The position numbers and the translations under genes were made by a program. From assembly GCF_009914755.1 (NCBI RefSeq), contig NC_060925.1: a DNA stretch of 64,000 nucleotides; one strand, written 5' to 3'. This stretch comes from the human T2T-CHM13v2.0 reference genome, Homo sapiens. Positions 52,644-64,000 of the stretch are shown piece by piece; positions within the stretch are counted from its first letter, which is position 1, and every line of letters begins with the position of its first letter. Below the pieces are notes generated by a model, which saw only the letters and a program-made list of their open reading frames with translations, did not search any database and was not told the DNA's origin.

Positions 52644-53769
52644 TGTATCACGTATTTTCAAGCTCCCAGTCCCGCACCTGATGCTTCCCCGCCCACCCCA
52701 TTCCTCTCAGGAGAAAACCCTGCCTCCTACTTTTCTGCACAAGTTGAGGACATCATGTGAGAGTCTCTTTAATTTCCTAGACACCCACTCCCTAGCCTCA
52801 CACGCCTTTTTTAATGCAGTTTCAGGAAGAGGTGGCTTTTCCCCATCCAGTCTAACAGCACCTCTGCATCTGACTCCCTCTGTCTCCATAGAAACGTGAC
52901 TTACTGGCTGTCCTCTTTCTCCTGAACCTACTACCTACTGGCCTGTTCCCCTCACGCCTCTGACATCTTAAAACAAAACCAACAAATGAAACCTCCCTCC
53001 AGTCTTGCGTTACCTTCTAGCTTCCATTCCCTACCCTTCCATTTCCCATCACAGTCAAGTGTCTTTAAAAACACTTTTTTGAAGTATTTCAAACATTTCA
53101 GAAAAGTAGGGAATAATATGATGATCATCATTTCATGTTGTTTTTCCCTAATAAAACAAGACAACTGGAGCTAAAACTCCCTCAAGCCCCTCCCCAGTCT
53201 CATTACCTTTCCTTCCTCCCTAGAGGCAACCACTGACCCAAAATTAGTCTTCCTGTCCATGATTATGCACTTCTACTGCAGATGTTCCTATAAATATGTA
53301 GTACTGCTTTTCATGTCTGTACATTTACATAAGTGATATCATATTTCTCATATTCTGCCACTTGCTTTTTACTCAACATTATATTTTCAGGATTTATCCT
53401 TGTTAATACATACAGCTCCAGTTCATTTTAATTTTTGGCAAGTGCTCCATTATGTGATGATATACTACCATTTGTTTTCTAGTTCCTTAGAAGAGCAGTT
53501 TCTATGCTATGCTCTTTCTACATCTCCTCTCCCATCCCCCCTTTTACCTCTCCAGCCTGCCTTCTGCTCTTCTCACACCACTCAAACTGCCCTTGTCAGG
53601 GTCCCCTGTGACCACATTGCTGCTAAACCCAGAGGACACTTTCAGCCTTTGTCTTCCTGGCCCTCTTTGCAACATTCTTCTCTAGACTTCCTTCTCCTGG
53701 GGCTCTCTTCCTTCCTTCCCCCTCTCTGAGCTCTCAATCACCATGACCTTCGTGACTATCCTTCAAGAC

Positions 53770-53989
53770 CAGTGGTTCTCAATGAGGTTGGGGAGATTTT
53801 GTCCCCAAGGGACAACTGACAATGTCTGGAGACATCCTTGACAGTCACCCCTGGAAAAGAGGTGCTACTGGCATTTAGTGGGCAGAGGCCAGGGATGCTG
53901 CTCAACATCCTACAATGCACAGGACAGTCTCATAGCACGATGAATCATCCAACCCCGACTGCTAGCAATGCTGAGGTTGAGAACCCCTG
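53770..53989 (+). mobile_element. MER20 (hAT-Charlie)
   Basis: CAGTGGTTCTCAA...TTGAGAACCCCTG terminal inverted repeats and a typical MER20 body. Confidence 0.78.
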
Positions 53990-54194
53990 GTCTAGATGTT
54001 GGTCTTCTACGAGGTTCTGATCTGAGCCCTCTTCCCTTCCTACTCTCCACTCTCTTCCTGGGTCACCTTGCCTACTCTTGGAGCCTGCAGAAATAGCTGG
54101 ACAGGCTACAATTTCCTAGGATTCCCAGAGATCCCACTAAACATGCACTGAAGACGTTTCCAGCCCAACAGATTGCCTTGAGGGCTGGACTTAC

Positions 54195-54296
54195 CCGGAC
54201 GCTGGGCCGCTCTGGAGGGACCTCGGACACCATGTTGTGGTTGGGTATGTCACTGTTGGTGGTAGCCGGGCGTTTCCCCCCTGTTTTATTGGACAT
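54195..54296 (-). CDS. PLEKHA6: PLEKHA6 first canonical coding exon (MSNKTGGKRP...PERPSVR, 34 aa); full exon 54195-54309 includes a 13-nt leader
   Basis: ATG at 54296; acceptor AG at 54310-11 after a pyrimidine tract; donor GTAAGT at 54194; peptide recognised as the PLEKHA6 N-terminus. Confidence 0.95.
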
Positions 54297-54499
54297 GTCC
54301 AAGGTCGATCTGATTTCAAGTCGACCAGAGAAAAGAGATTGGTGAGATCCAAGAAACAATGGAAACAGCCCATCCTTTTTCCACACCCTGCCACCCACTG
54401 TTTCAGCATCAGCACAAAATTAGATCTCTTGAGTGCCATTGAGGGGTCACCTCAGCCACTCCTTTAGCCTTTCTGAAATTATATGTCAGGGATCTTGGA

Positions 54500-54822
<323 letters not shown>

Positions 54823-55297
54823 TAGACCCTGGGGATCTAGAAATCCTTTCCTTCTACTTTAAAAGACACAACTGCTTAGTGGCCTATGAGAGTAGATTAA
54901 TTATCCTCTTTTCTTTTTTTCTCCTTTCATTTGGTGAGCCAGGATCCACAGTGAGAGGAATTAGCATTTGGCTCTCATGATCATATCAGATTTTCTCAGC
55001 GCTTCCGTCAAAGGCCCCTGGGTGCTATGCCAGCCTCATACCTGTCTTCTACTCCATCAGCTCAACCTGTGGGGTGCACCACCCTGGCTTTTGCTAGACC
55101 CTAGGAAAAGTGGATGAGGGTGTCAAGCCAGATGGGTCTCAGATGCTTCCAGTCCTCAGAACCGAGGTGAGTGACTGCAAAGCCCTTCTGCTTTCCTTCC
55201 CCTCCCTGTTGCCTTCTGCTTTCCAGCTGCAAGGAGGCAGTGGGATGGTAGTGGTTAAGGGCAGAAAGCCCAAACAGCAAGTAGGGGACACACTTAC

Positions 55298-55378
55298 ATT
55301 TTCAAGTCAAATTTTTTGTTTTCCTCTGGGACCTGGCCAGTCACTGGGTGTAGAAATGTGTTCCGTCTTTCATTGTGG
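55298..55378 (-). CDS. PLEKHA6: 81-nt exon encoding HNERRNTFLHPVTGQVPEENKKFDLK (C-terminal part of a WW domain); 5'UTR in the short isoform
   Basis: Acceptor tttttccctctacag, donor AAT/GTAAGT; splices in frame (AT/A TCG ACC TTG GAC ATG) to the ATG exon. Confidence 0.85.
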
Positions 55379-57206
55379 CTGTAGAGGGAAAAACAGAAGA
55401 GTTGTGGTAAAGATGAAGAAGGCAGAGACAAAAGCCAATGCGTGGACAGACCCTGGGTGGTGACAGGGACAGGTGATCATGTAAGGAGCTTGTGCCTCTG
55501 TCCTCCAGGGGGATCCATGGGAGGCCTGGGCTGACATCTGGATGAGGGTGGGGGCGGGGTGGGGGAAGGAAGAGATGAAGCCTGGTCACCTCCCACTAGT
55601 CAGTGCTAACTACTTACTAGAGTTCTCTGAGGCTGGAAATAAGCCACACTGAACTCTTTCAGTGGTTATCCTAAGTGTGGGGAAGAGGGGTTCCAACAGC
55701 CAATTCAGCACATCAGGACCTCACGCATGGCAGGTTCTCTCCCAGGGACGGCGTCTGCCAGTGAGCCACATAAAAAAAAAGCTCCCCCATTATTTGCTGA
55801 AAAAACTTTCTTGTGACCTTGGACTCCTCCTCCTTCTCCTGCTTTTGCTCCGTCTCTTTCTTAAAAGGAAATGGGAGCTCAAAAAATTCCATTCTTGAGC
55901 TTGGGCTTGGACCTACCCACACCCTAAGTCCAGGGTCTCCTGTCTAAGGGCTGTTTGATGTCATTGAGACCTCAGGGGCTGTCAGGCATGAAGGTCAGTG
56001 CTGGCTCAACAGTCCAGTCTCATTAAGGGATGCTGTGGCCAGGAGAGGGGCAGGGCGTTGTGAGGATGGCCTGCCAGGAAGCAGAAGGGAGCAGGAACCC
56101 AGGGGTTGGGGGGTGGGGGGTAGGTGCAGAGGCAGATGGGGAGCAGCATCATGGAGCCTCCTTGGGAAGACCTGCTGTGGCTCCTCCAGCTGGCTGAGTG
56201 TCAGGACAGTTCCCCAGGAGGCTCTCAGGGGAGATGGGGAGGAAGGCAGCAGACAGAGCGCAGAGGGGCTGATGCAGCGGTCTAAGCCATAATGGCAACC
56301 CCCAAGATGGATCCAGTAAGCGGTGACTACTTGGCAAGAATGTAGCAGTGGAGATTCAAGCATTCAGCCAGTGGAGGGACTAGATGAGTTAAGGGCCTTT
56401 TCACCCATTCCTCTTGAGAAATACTGTGAGAACCCAGAGTAGGTGCCAAACTCCCGCAAGGAACAGGCACTAGGACAGAGGCCACGGAGACAGGGCCACT
56501 CAAGCACACCCACAGCAAAGAGCTGGCTCTGCTTGACAAGTGGCAGGTCAGCCAGCAGCAGAGGAAGGAGATCTTAGCTTAGTCCCTTCAGTTGTATCAG
56601 AGAAGGAAAATAACCTTTTGGGGGCCCCCTTTCAATAGCCCAGGACACATCCCAGCCCTTGGGCTGTCTGCTAAAGCTAAAGATAATATCAAAGAGTGTT
56701 TTTTTTTCAGTTTCCAAAGCTATCGTGCTCAGATGTAATCCAAAGACATGCAGGAGATAAAAGCACAGCAGGCAGTGCCTACAGTCTATGTGGAAATCTG
56801 GGCTTCGCAGCCCAGGCTTGCCAGCCAGGACCCAAAAACCAGGCGCGTGTCCACCAGGCCTGGGTTCTGAGTCTAGCACGTTGATAATCCACTCCCCACT
56901 TCCCAAACTTTATTCCCACCTCCCTCCCAGGTCCAACAAGGACACACTCCTCAATTTAATCACAGGGGATCTTTGCAAGGAAGGGCAACTGTTTCCCGTT
57001 ACTCTTGTCTGCCCCTAAATCTGTCCCATCTGGTGGTCTGGGGGGCAAGCAGTCTGTGGCAACTACGGTGTTCTTTGAGGTGTCAAGTTGTCTGCTTTTT
57101 CTCAGTGGTGCAGGGCACCCGCCCCCTGCCCTGACCCTCCAGTCTCCTTCTGCTCTGTGTGTTCCCAATGGTAACTGCTGGAATCTTCCCTGCAGGCACT
57201 GGCACA

Positions 57207-57244
<38 letters not shown>
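57207..57244. repeat. (CA)n microsatellite; others at ~26425-26449, ~44307-44338 and (TGGA)n ~3877-3909
   Basis: Direct reading. Confidence 0.88.
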
Positions 57245-57247
<3 letters not shown>

Positions 57248-57559
57248 GCATACACACACAGTCTGCTGCCAACCATCACAAGACTTCTAGGGAATGGCAC
57301 ATCTCTCCCAGCCCCAGACTTTCCTACCCAGCAACCCCTACAAATGACGTCCTCATTCTATCCCGGCACTACCAATTTCAAAATAGCTTCCCCTTCACAA
57401 GCACTGCAATGCAGCAACCATTGACCTAACTATGCTTCCTTCTCCAGGTCATCTCAAGCAGACCCCTCACTCTGAAGCCCCCGGATCCAAGCAGGATGAG
57501 CTGCCAACTCAGCTTGCTCTGACTTGACTTGGCTCATGATCCGTGGAAGACATCCCTAC

Positions 57560-57591
57560 CTGACCCGTCGATCAGCCCGAAACTTCAACAT
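57560..57591 (-). CDS. PLEKHA6: Candidate alternative first coding exon MLKFRADRRVS
   Basis: ATG 57591 with A at -3 and an in-frame upstream TGA; donor CAG/GTAGGG; phase 2 matches exon 55298-55378. Confidence 0.55.
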
Positions 57592-59000
57592 CTTTTTGGC
57601 AGCTCTGTCCCCAGTTTGGCAGCCTCAGAGGACCCGCCGGCCACCCTGATCCTACCATGCCTCTGAGAAGTAAGTCCTCTGGTCCAACTCGTAAGGCTGT
57701 GGCAGAGATGCAGAGCGATTGGTGGCAGAGTCTCTAGCAGTTCTCCCTCCTCCTGGCTCTGGCTCTGGAGAACCAGGAGGGCACTCTCCTTGGGTGGTGG
57801 TAGGGGTCGCCTAGGTGCCCTAGTAGGCCTGTGGCTTCCTGGTATTCGGCCAGAATGCTACTGGTCAGAGGACTGGAGGCAGAATAAACAAGGAGGGGAT
57901 GATATCCTCCCCATTCAGCACCCCAAGGAGAAAATGCTGAAATGGAGAGACAGGCATACACGGAGCAGGTGTAGCACTCCCAGGTAGTCCGACCTCAGTG
58001 AGCTAAGGACGCAGAGTAGCTGGACGGGTGAAGGAGTCTGGGGCTGCATTCCCATCTGCACGGCTGAAACCCATGCCATCCCGACCTGTAGGGAGACAGT
58101 CCTCCTGCCTCCCCAATTCTCAACCCACAATACAGGCTCCTGAGCTGAAAATCAACTTGCTTCTCAGAGATCCTTCAGATCCTGTGGGCATAAGGGTTAA
58201 ATGAAGCTCCCGATTCATCTGCTGTTATTGCTGCCGCTGCTGAGAAGCTGAGATTGATTGAGCAGTTCTCCCTTCTCTTCGGTCAGCCTGCCCAGCCTTC
58301 TTCTGTGTGGACAGGAGCATAATGAATGAAGGTCCTCTGCCCCTGTCCCTCCGACTTGCTCCCCTCAGACAGCACGGAGTTGCTTTCCCTCCCTGTGTGG
58401 CGGTCCTACCGATGAGAAGCAAGTCGACCAGATGGGCGTGGATGCTGTGGAACCAGAGCTGGTGGCTAGGATGGGGCTGCTCAGGCAATATTAAAGGAGA
58501 GCTTCCTCTCAAGGCTTGCAAGGAAGAGGGCAGCAAATGGGGCTTGAGAGGGGGTCACTGTGTGTTTATGGCTGAAAATCTTCCCAGACACGAGATGATA
58601 CATTCCAGCTGGGGACTGTCAGATCTGCTCAGAAGCAAGGAGGTTTGTATCGATGTTAATTCCCCTGAATTCTTCAGCGGCTAAAGATGGTCAGCGCTCC
58701 CCCCTTTCCTAATGTCCTTCATGTCTTAGGATCCTTGGACTGCAAGGGCCTTCCGAAGGTCATCGCTGCCATCCCCCTGCTTCTAGGCAAGCCTGTTCTC
58801 CAATCAATCCTCATTAAGTTCCTTGGTTTTCTGTAAAGAGTTCTAGCAAAGGAGGCTCCAGACCCACTGCTATCTTATCCTGCCAAGATGTTCTTTTTGA
58901 TATCACGTTTCAGTTCCTCTGGCTTTCTATATTATTCCATTTTGTCTTCACATGACAGATTCCTTTTTTGACCAACGTGGTTCTTTTTAGCAGCACCAGG

Positions 59001-59109
59001 CAGTCTGTTGACATCACAGTCTGTTGCTATGGCAATTCTGTGATGTCACAACAGACACTGAAAGGAAGGGGCTAATCTAATTTTTTGGATCGAGCAAGAA
59101 CTTGATTGG
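59001..59109. promoter_or_regulatory. Candidate promoter element: RFX X-box flanked by inverted CRE-like sites, plus CCAAT box
   Basis: GTTGCTATGGCAAT 59023-36; TGACATCA 59009-16; TGATGTCA 59041-48; ATTGG 59105-09. Confidence 0.5.
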
Positions 59110-61601
59110 GGAATAATGTGATCAGTGAATGGAAAAGCAAATGGACAACATTATTATTTAACCCATAATGAGACAAGTTGGTAGGATGTAACTGGGGTCA
59201 ACCGCTGCTGATATTTAAACAGCTTAATCTTAAATCCAGAAGGTCAATATATTCAGCTATTTCGTGGGACTTTTGCAAATGATTTATCCTGGTGACAGGA
59301 GGCCTCGGTTTTCAGATCACATCCTTTCCCTGTCCCTAATCCAGTTTCTTGGGACCTCTCCTGATGCCGGCTTGAGGTTCCTGCCCATACATAACAGGTG
59401 CTCGATAAATATTTGTTGAATGAATGAATAATAGAAACTCTCCAGCCCTGACTTAATTTTTAACCACCTGCATTTGGAGTTTGACATTCTATCACCGAGG
59501 GCTTCCCTATCTTAGCTCTCTCTTAAAATTAATTACTTCCTCTCCATGAGAGAAGCTTTGCTTCTGCCCCCTCGCCCCCTCACTCAGCTTCCCTGCCTAG
59601 CTCCCCCTTGAATACATAGCTTGGCTTTGATCCACCTTCAGTAGGAGGGGAAGAAAATTAAGCTCATCTGCACAGAAGGAGGAGGGGGTAGGGGCGCTTT
59701 GGGAAAATGAGCTTTCTTCCTCTAGAAGGCAAAAATATCCCCTTTCACTTCAAGCTGAGCTCAGGGGCCTCCCACAGCCTTTGCTTAAGCTGCAAGTTAA
59801 ATTACTTCTCCTATGCCCTGTAAAGATAGCACAAGGGAGTAGGAACGAAGGAAGGCTCAGGGGCTTCCCCTGCTCATCAAGAGCTCTGAACTCCTAGGAA
59901 TTAAGTCTGCACACAGAATGTCTAGCAGCAGTTCTTTCCCTTTGCCAATAAACTGCAGAGTATGGCAAATTTTCATTTTAGTTAGACATCAAGAAGAACT
60001 TACAAGAGGCAGAACATTAAAAAGGGAAACAAGGACAGGTAATCCGTTTTCTCCTTCTTCTCTCCTTCCTTTTGGGATGTCAAAAGGCTTCCATTTGTCA
60101 AGGACAAATGATTATGAATCCATGAATACATACCCAAATGGACCTTTCAAATTCCACCCAAGAGAAGGGAAAATCTCAAGTGGTAAAGGAGATTGTGCGG
60201 TGGAGGTAGAAACAGCCCTAAACTCCAGAGCAGTCCAGTAGGTGGTCACTTATCCACAATGAGGGTGGCCCTGATGGCAGTGCCATCAGTGGAAACAAAC
60301 ATGGCAGGACCAAACATTCAGTCCAAGATCCAACCTGAGTTAGGAATATGACTTTATTTCTTGGGCCCTTAGTTTTCTCATGTGTAAATGAGGTACCTTC
60401 TAACTACATGAAATAATAGTGCTCACTTCACCAGCACAGACACTAATTCTATGAAATAATAGCTGTAAACTTGCAAGATATAGACCATTTTTTGCAGAAG
60501 AGATAATGGCTATGATCATTCTACTTAAAAACAAATTAAGATATATGCCAGATGAAGGAGCAAAAAAATGAAAAATACTTAGTCCCAGGCTTAAGAAGAT
60601 CGTGTATGGGGCACAGGCTGGGAGTGCCAGGGGCAGGCACTCTGGAAGTCTCAAGAGCGATAAATTACAAAGAAAAGAAGCAGATCCTCTCTATTTTTCC
60701 AGGCCTTTGTCTCTGCACCTATTTAAAGCTTTCCTGTAGTTCAAGAGACATCCTCAACCCCTACAGTACCTCACATAGAGATAACTCTGCATTGCTTCAT
60801 CTCCAAACATCCCCCTGGAGAGTCAGCCTCCACGTGCAGTATACCTGGCACTACACTGTCAAGAGTGGCAAAATTAATCCAAGTTTCACGATCTTTTGCA
60901 GGCATGTATGTTTACACATGCACACACACTCCCAGGCTGGATGCCCAGAACCCCACTGTGATCAATATTGAACGACTGGAGAAATACTCCACTCCTTCCA
61001 CCCACTGGGCCTCTCTTGATTATCTGCTGTACACCAAGCTGCTTCATTTCCATAGCTCCTGAGAATCTGCTGACAAAGAATTAGCCCTGGCCCAGCTTCC
61101 CCATCCTGAGGACGCCTTGGCTTCCAGCATTACAGCTCATTAGGTGGAGAGAGGCTTGCATGCAAGGCAAGTGGAAAGGGGGTCCCATCCCTTCCACTTC
61201 CTTCTTTCTCCCAGCTAGCAAATTCCAAGCCGAGACTGTCCATGCTCCAGAGAGGATTTCTGCTGCCACAGAGGAGGGGAAGGTGGGGAGAAGGTTGGCT
61301 CCTGCTCTGTGCCTCCCCATCTGGATCTCATCATTATTTTCAAGGAGGCTTATCTGCTTCAGCATCCTGTCCCAATTAAAAACCAACTCAGTTTATGTTT
61401 CCAGCCATCTTCATGCACCTGATTCCTGAAGCTCCCCCTGCCATTTCCAGGAGAAAATACACTTTCCTAGCCACTTCTCATCAGAGGCCCTCTGTTTTCC
61501 TACCTATTGCTGCCACATAAAGAAGAGGTCAAAGAGGGTCAGGCCCTGGCAGCACTTCTAGGTATTTGCAGGTGGGAAGGAACCCCTCCAAACAACACTG
61601 C

Positions 61602-62249
<648 letters not shown>

Positions 62250-64000
62250 TCACCCAGCCTTGTATTTGCTTTCACCTTTCTTCTCTGCCCTTGCTCATCC
62301 CCCCTTTGATGCCACAGTTATTTCCAAAGTGTCAAGAAGATGGTACCTCCCTGCCCCAAGCCAGTTTATTGAAATGTTCTAAGCTACTCGGCTGCATGTC
62401 TAGGAGACAAGACTCATGCTGCTCCCTTTCCTGCTTCACTCTGCCCAGCCACACCGCACCCCCAGCCCCATCCCAAAACCTGTTATGGGCAGTTATGGAA
62501 GGCTGGGGGCCTTCTACGTGAGCTCAGCTCCCACCACAGGCAGAAGATAGAAGAGATGGCTCCGTGGACAAGGGAGAGAAATCACAAATCAGGGGGCCAG
62601 GTCCAGGTTTCTTCCCTTCCAGCTCAGGTGCTGTCCTTCCCCCATTTTCTCACTGTAGTGTCTCCCAGCCCCTGCTCTGGGCCTGGGTGGTCCCTTATTC
62701 CTATGAGAGGAGATAGGAAGGCCTAAGATGGCAGACTGAGGGCAGGAGGACAAGGTGTACTTCAGTCAGGGTAACGGGTTCAAGCTCATGTGTGTGCACG
62801 CACGTGTGTGTGCATGAGAGAAAACATGGATACTATACAGGGGAACTTCATCCTGACCTCCCACCCTAGCTTGGTTCATCTTTAAACTGGTTGTTTTACT
62901 TTAGGGAATTCCATCTGTCTGCTGAAAAATGAAGACAACCAGAGTAGATAGCATAACTCTGCCAGTGATTCAAATACTGAAGCTCTTCCATGTTGGTGGG
63001 TGAAAAGCTGCTCCCCCAAGTCCCTCGAGTGTCCCTGCCCCATCTCTGGGCCAGGGTCTGAGACCTCCTCACATCTCCATGACCCAGAGACAAAAGAGTT
63101 AATGCCTGGCACCACAGGGCCCTCCAAGACTCCAGGCCAGCATCCTTTCTGGTTGATGAATTATTGAATATCATTCCCGGGTACAGCCGGTCCTTAACTG
63201 TCTCAACACTGAAGTGTCTTCCAATTGTGGGGAACTGCGATTCTACCACCCAGAAGCTGCCATGGGCAGGCTGGGAGACACTTTCTCCTTCACCCTGACC
63301 CAAATTGGAGAACTGGGGCAATCCAGCTCCCTGGAGCTCCTCCTTGTGCTGTGTGCTCTTGTTCCCTTCTAAAGAGAGGGGGAATTCAAAGGAGAACCAG
63401 CTGCCTACAGCTCTGGGTTTTCCTCCTCTCAGCCTTTCCTCAGTAGCTAAGCCAGACAGAAGCAGAGAAAAAAGGCCCCAGCCCCCTCGCCTCCAAGTTG
63501 CCTTCTCCTGACAGCCAGCAATGTGGAACGGATCCCAAGGGGTAACAGGGCAGGGCAATAATTAATTATGCCCCCCCACCGCCCCGCCGCCTTCCAGCTC
63601 TGAGTTGAATCTCAAACCCCTGCCCTTCAGTGGCTGAGGCAGCCCAGCTGTCCGCCGCCGGGTCTATGGAAGGTCATTGAAACCATGTCTCTGCATCCCT
63701 AACTCAGCAGATCTGCTTCTGGTGTCCTACGGAGAGCAGCGACCCCACCCTGCCCCACCCAACGAAAGGAATTTTACAAAGTGGGTGTTTGGAGAGTTAT
63801 GAAGCTGGCTGATCTCTCTCCTTCCCCATCCTCAAAAGCTACCAGTGCCTTCTTGGTTCCCAATCCAGCAATTTGAGAATCAAGCTGTCTGGTATCTTAG
63901 TTTTCTCATTTTAACAGTAAAACAATGGTATTGAGTGATGCCTTGTTCAGCAGACAACACAAATCTCCCACTGGACCAGAGAGCAGAGGAAGAAAGGTTA

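Noticed and set aside
62896-63558. 220-aa minus-strand ORF
   Set aside because: Non-ATG start, no family similarity and no convincing splice sites

Overview
Primate (very probably human, 1q32.1) genomic DNA holding nearly the whole PLEKHA6 (PEPP3) gene on the minus strand. I traced 20 coding exons with GT-AG boundaries, from ATG 54296 to TGA 4052. They join to 3147 nt = 1048 aa plus stop, covering the PH domain, coiled coil and proline-rich regions; the 3' UTR runs off the left edge. Additional coding material: four frame-preserving cassette exons, a 20-aa alternative-acceptor insertion in the PH domain, a NAGNAG site, at least two alternative C-termini, and a nominally 5'UTR exon that encodes the end of a WW domain in frame. 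A candidate internal first exon lies below a palindromic RFX/CRE-like promoter element. One 10.8-kb intron is filled by two adjacent full-length LTR elements antisense to the gene: an MLT1-type MaLR, and an MLT2A1/HERV-L provirus with perfect TSDs, DUX4-type motifs and an APOBEC3-like stop-codon pattern. The rest is ordinary Alu, MIR, L2, L1 and MER repeats. I found no convincing wholly new biological system; the best leads are isoform and regulatory architecture and ERV biology. Repeat subfamily names come from remembered consensus sequences, not a search.
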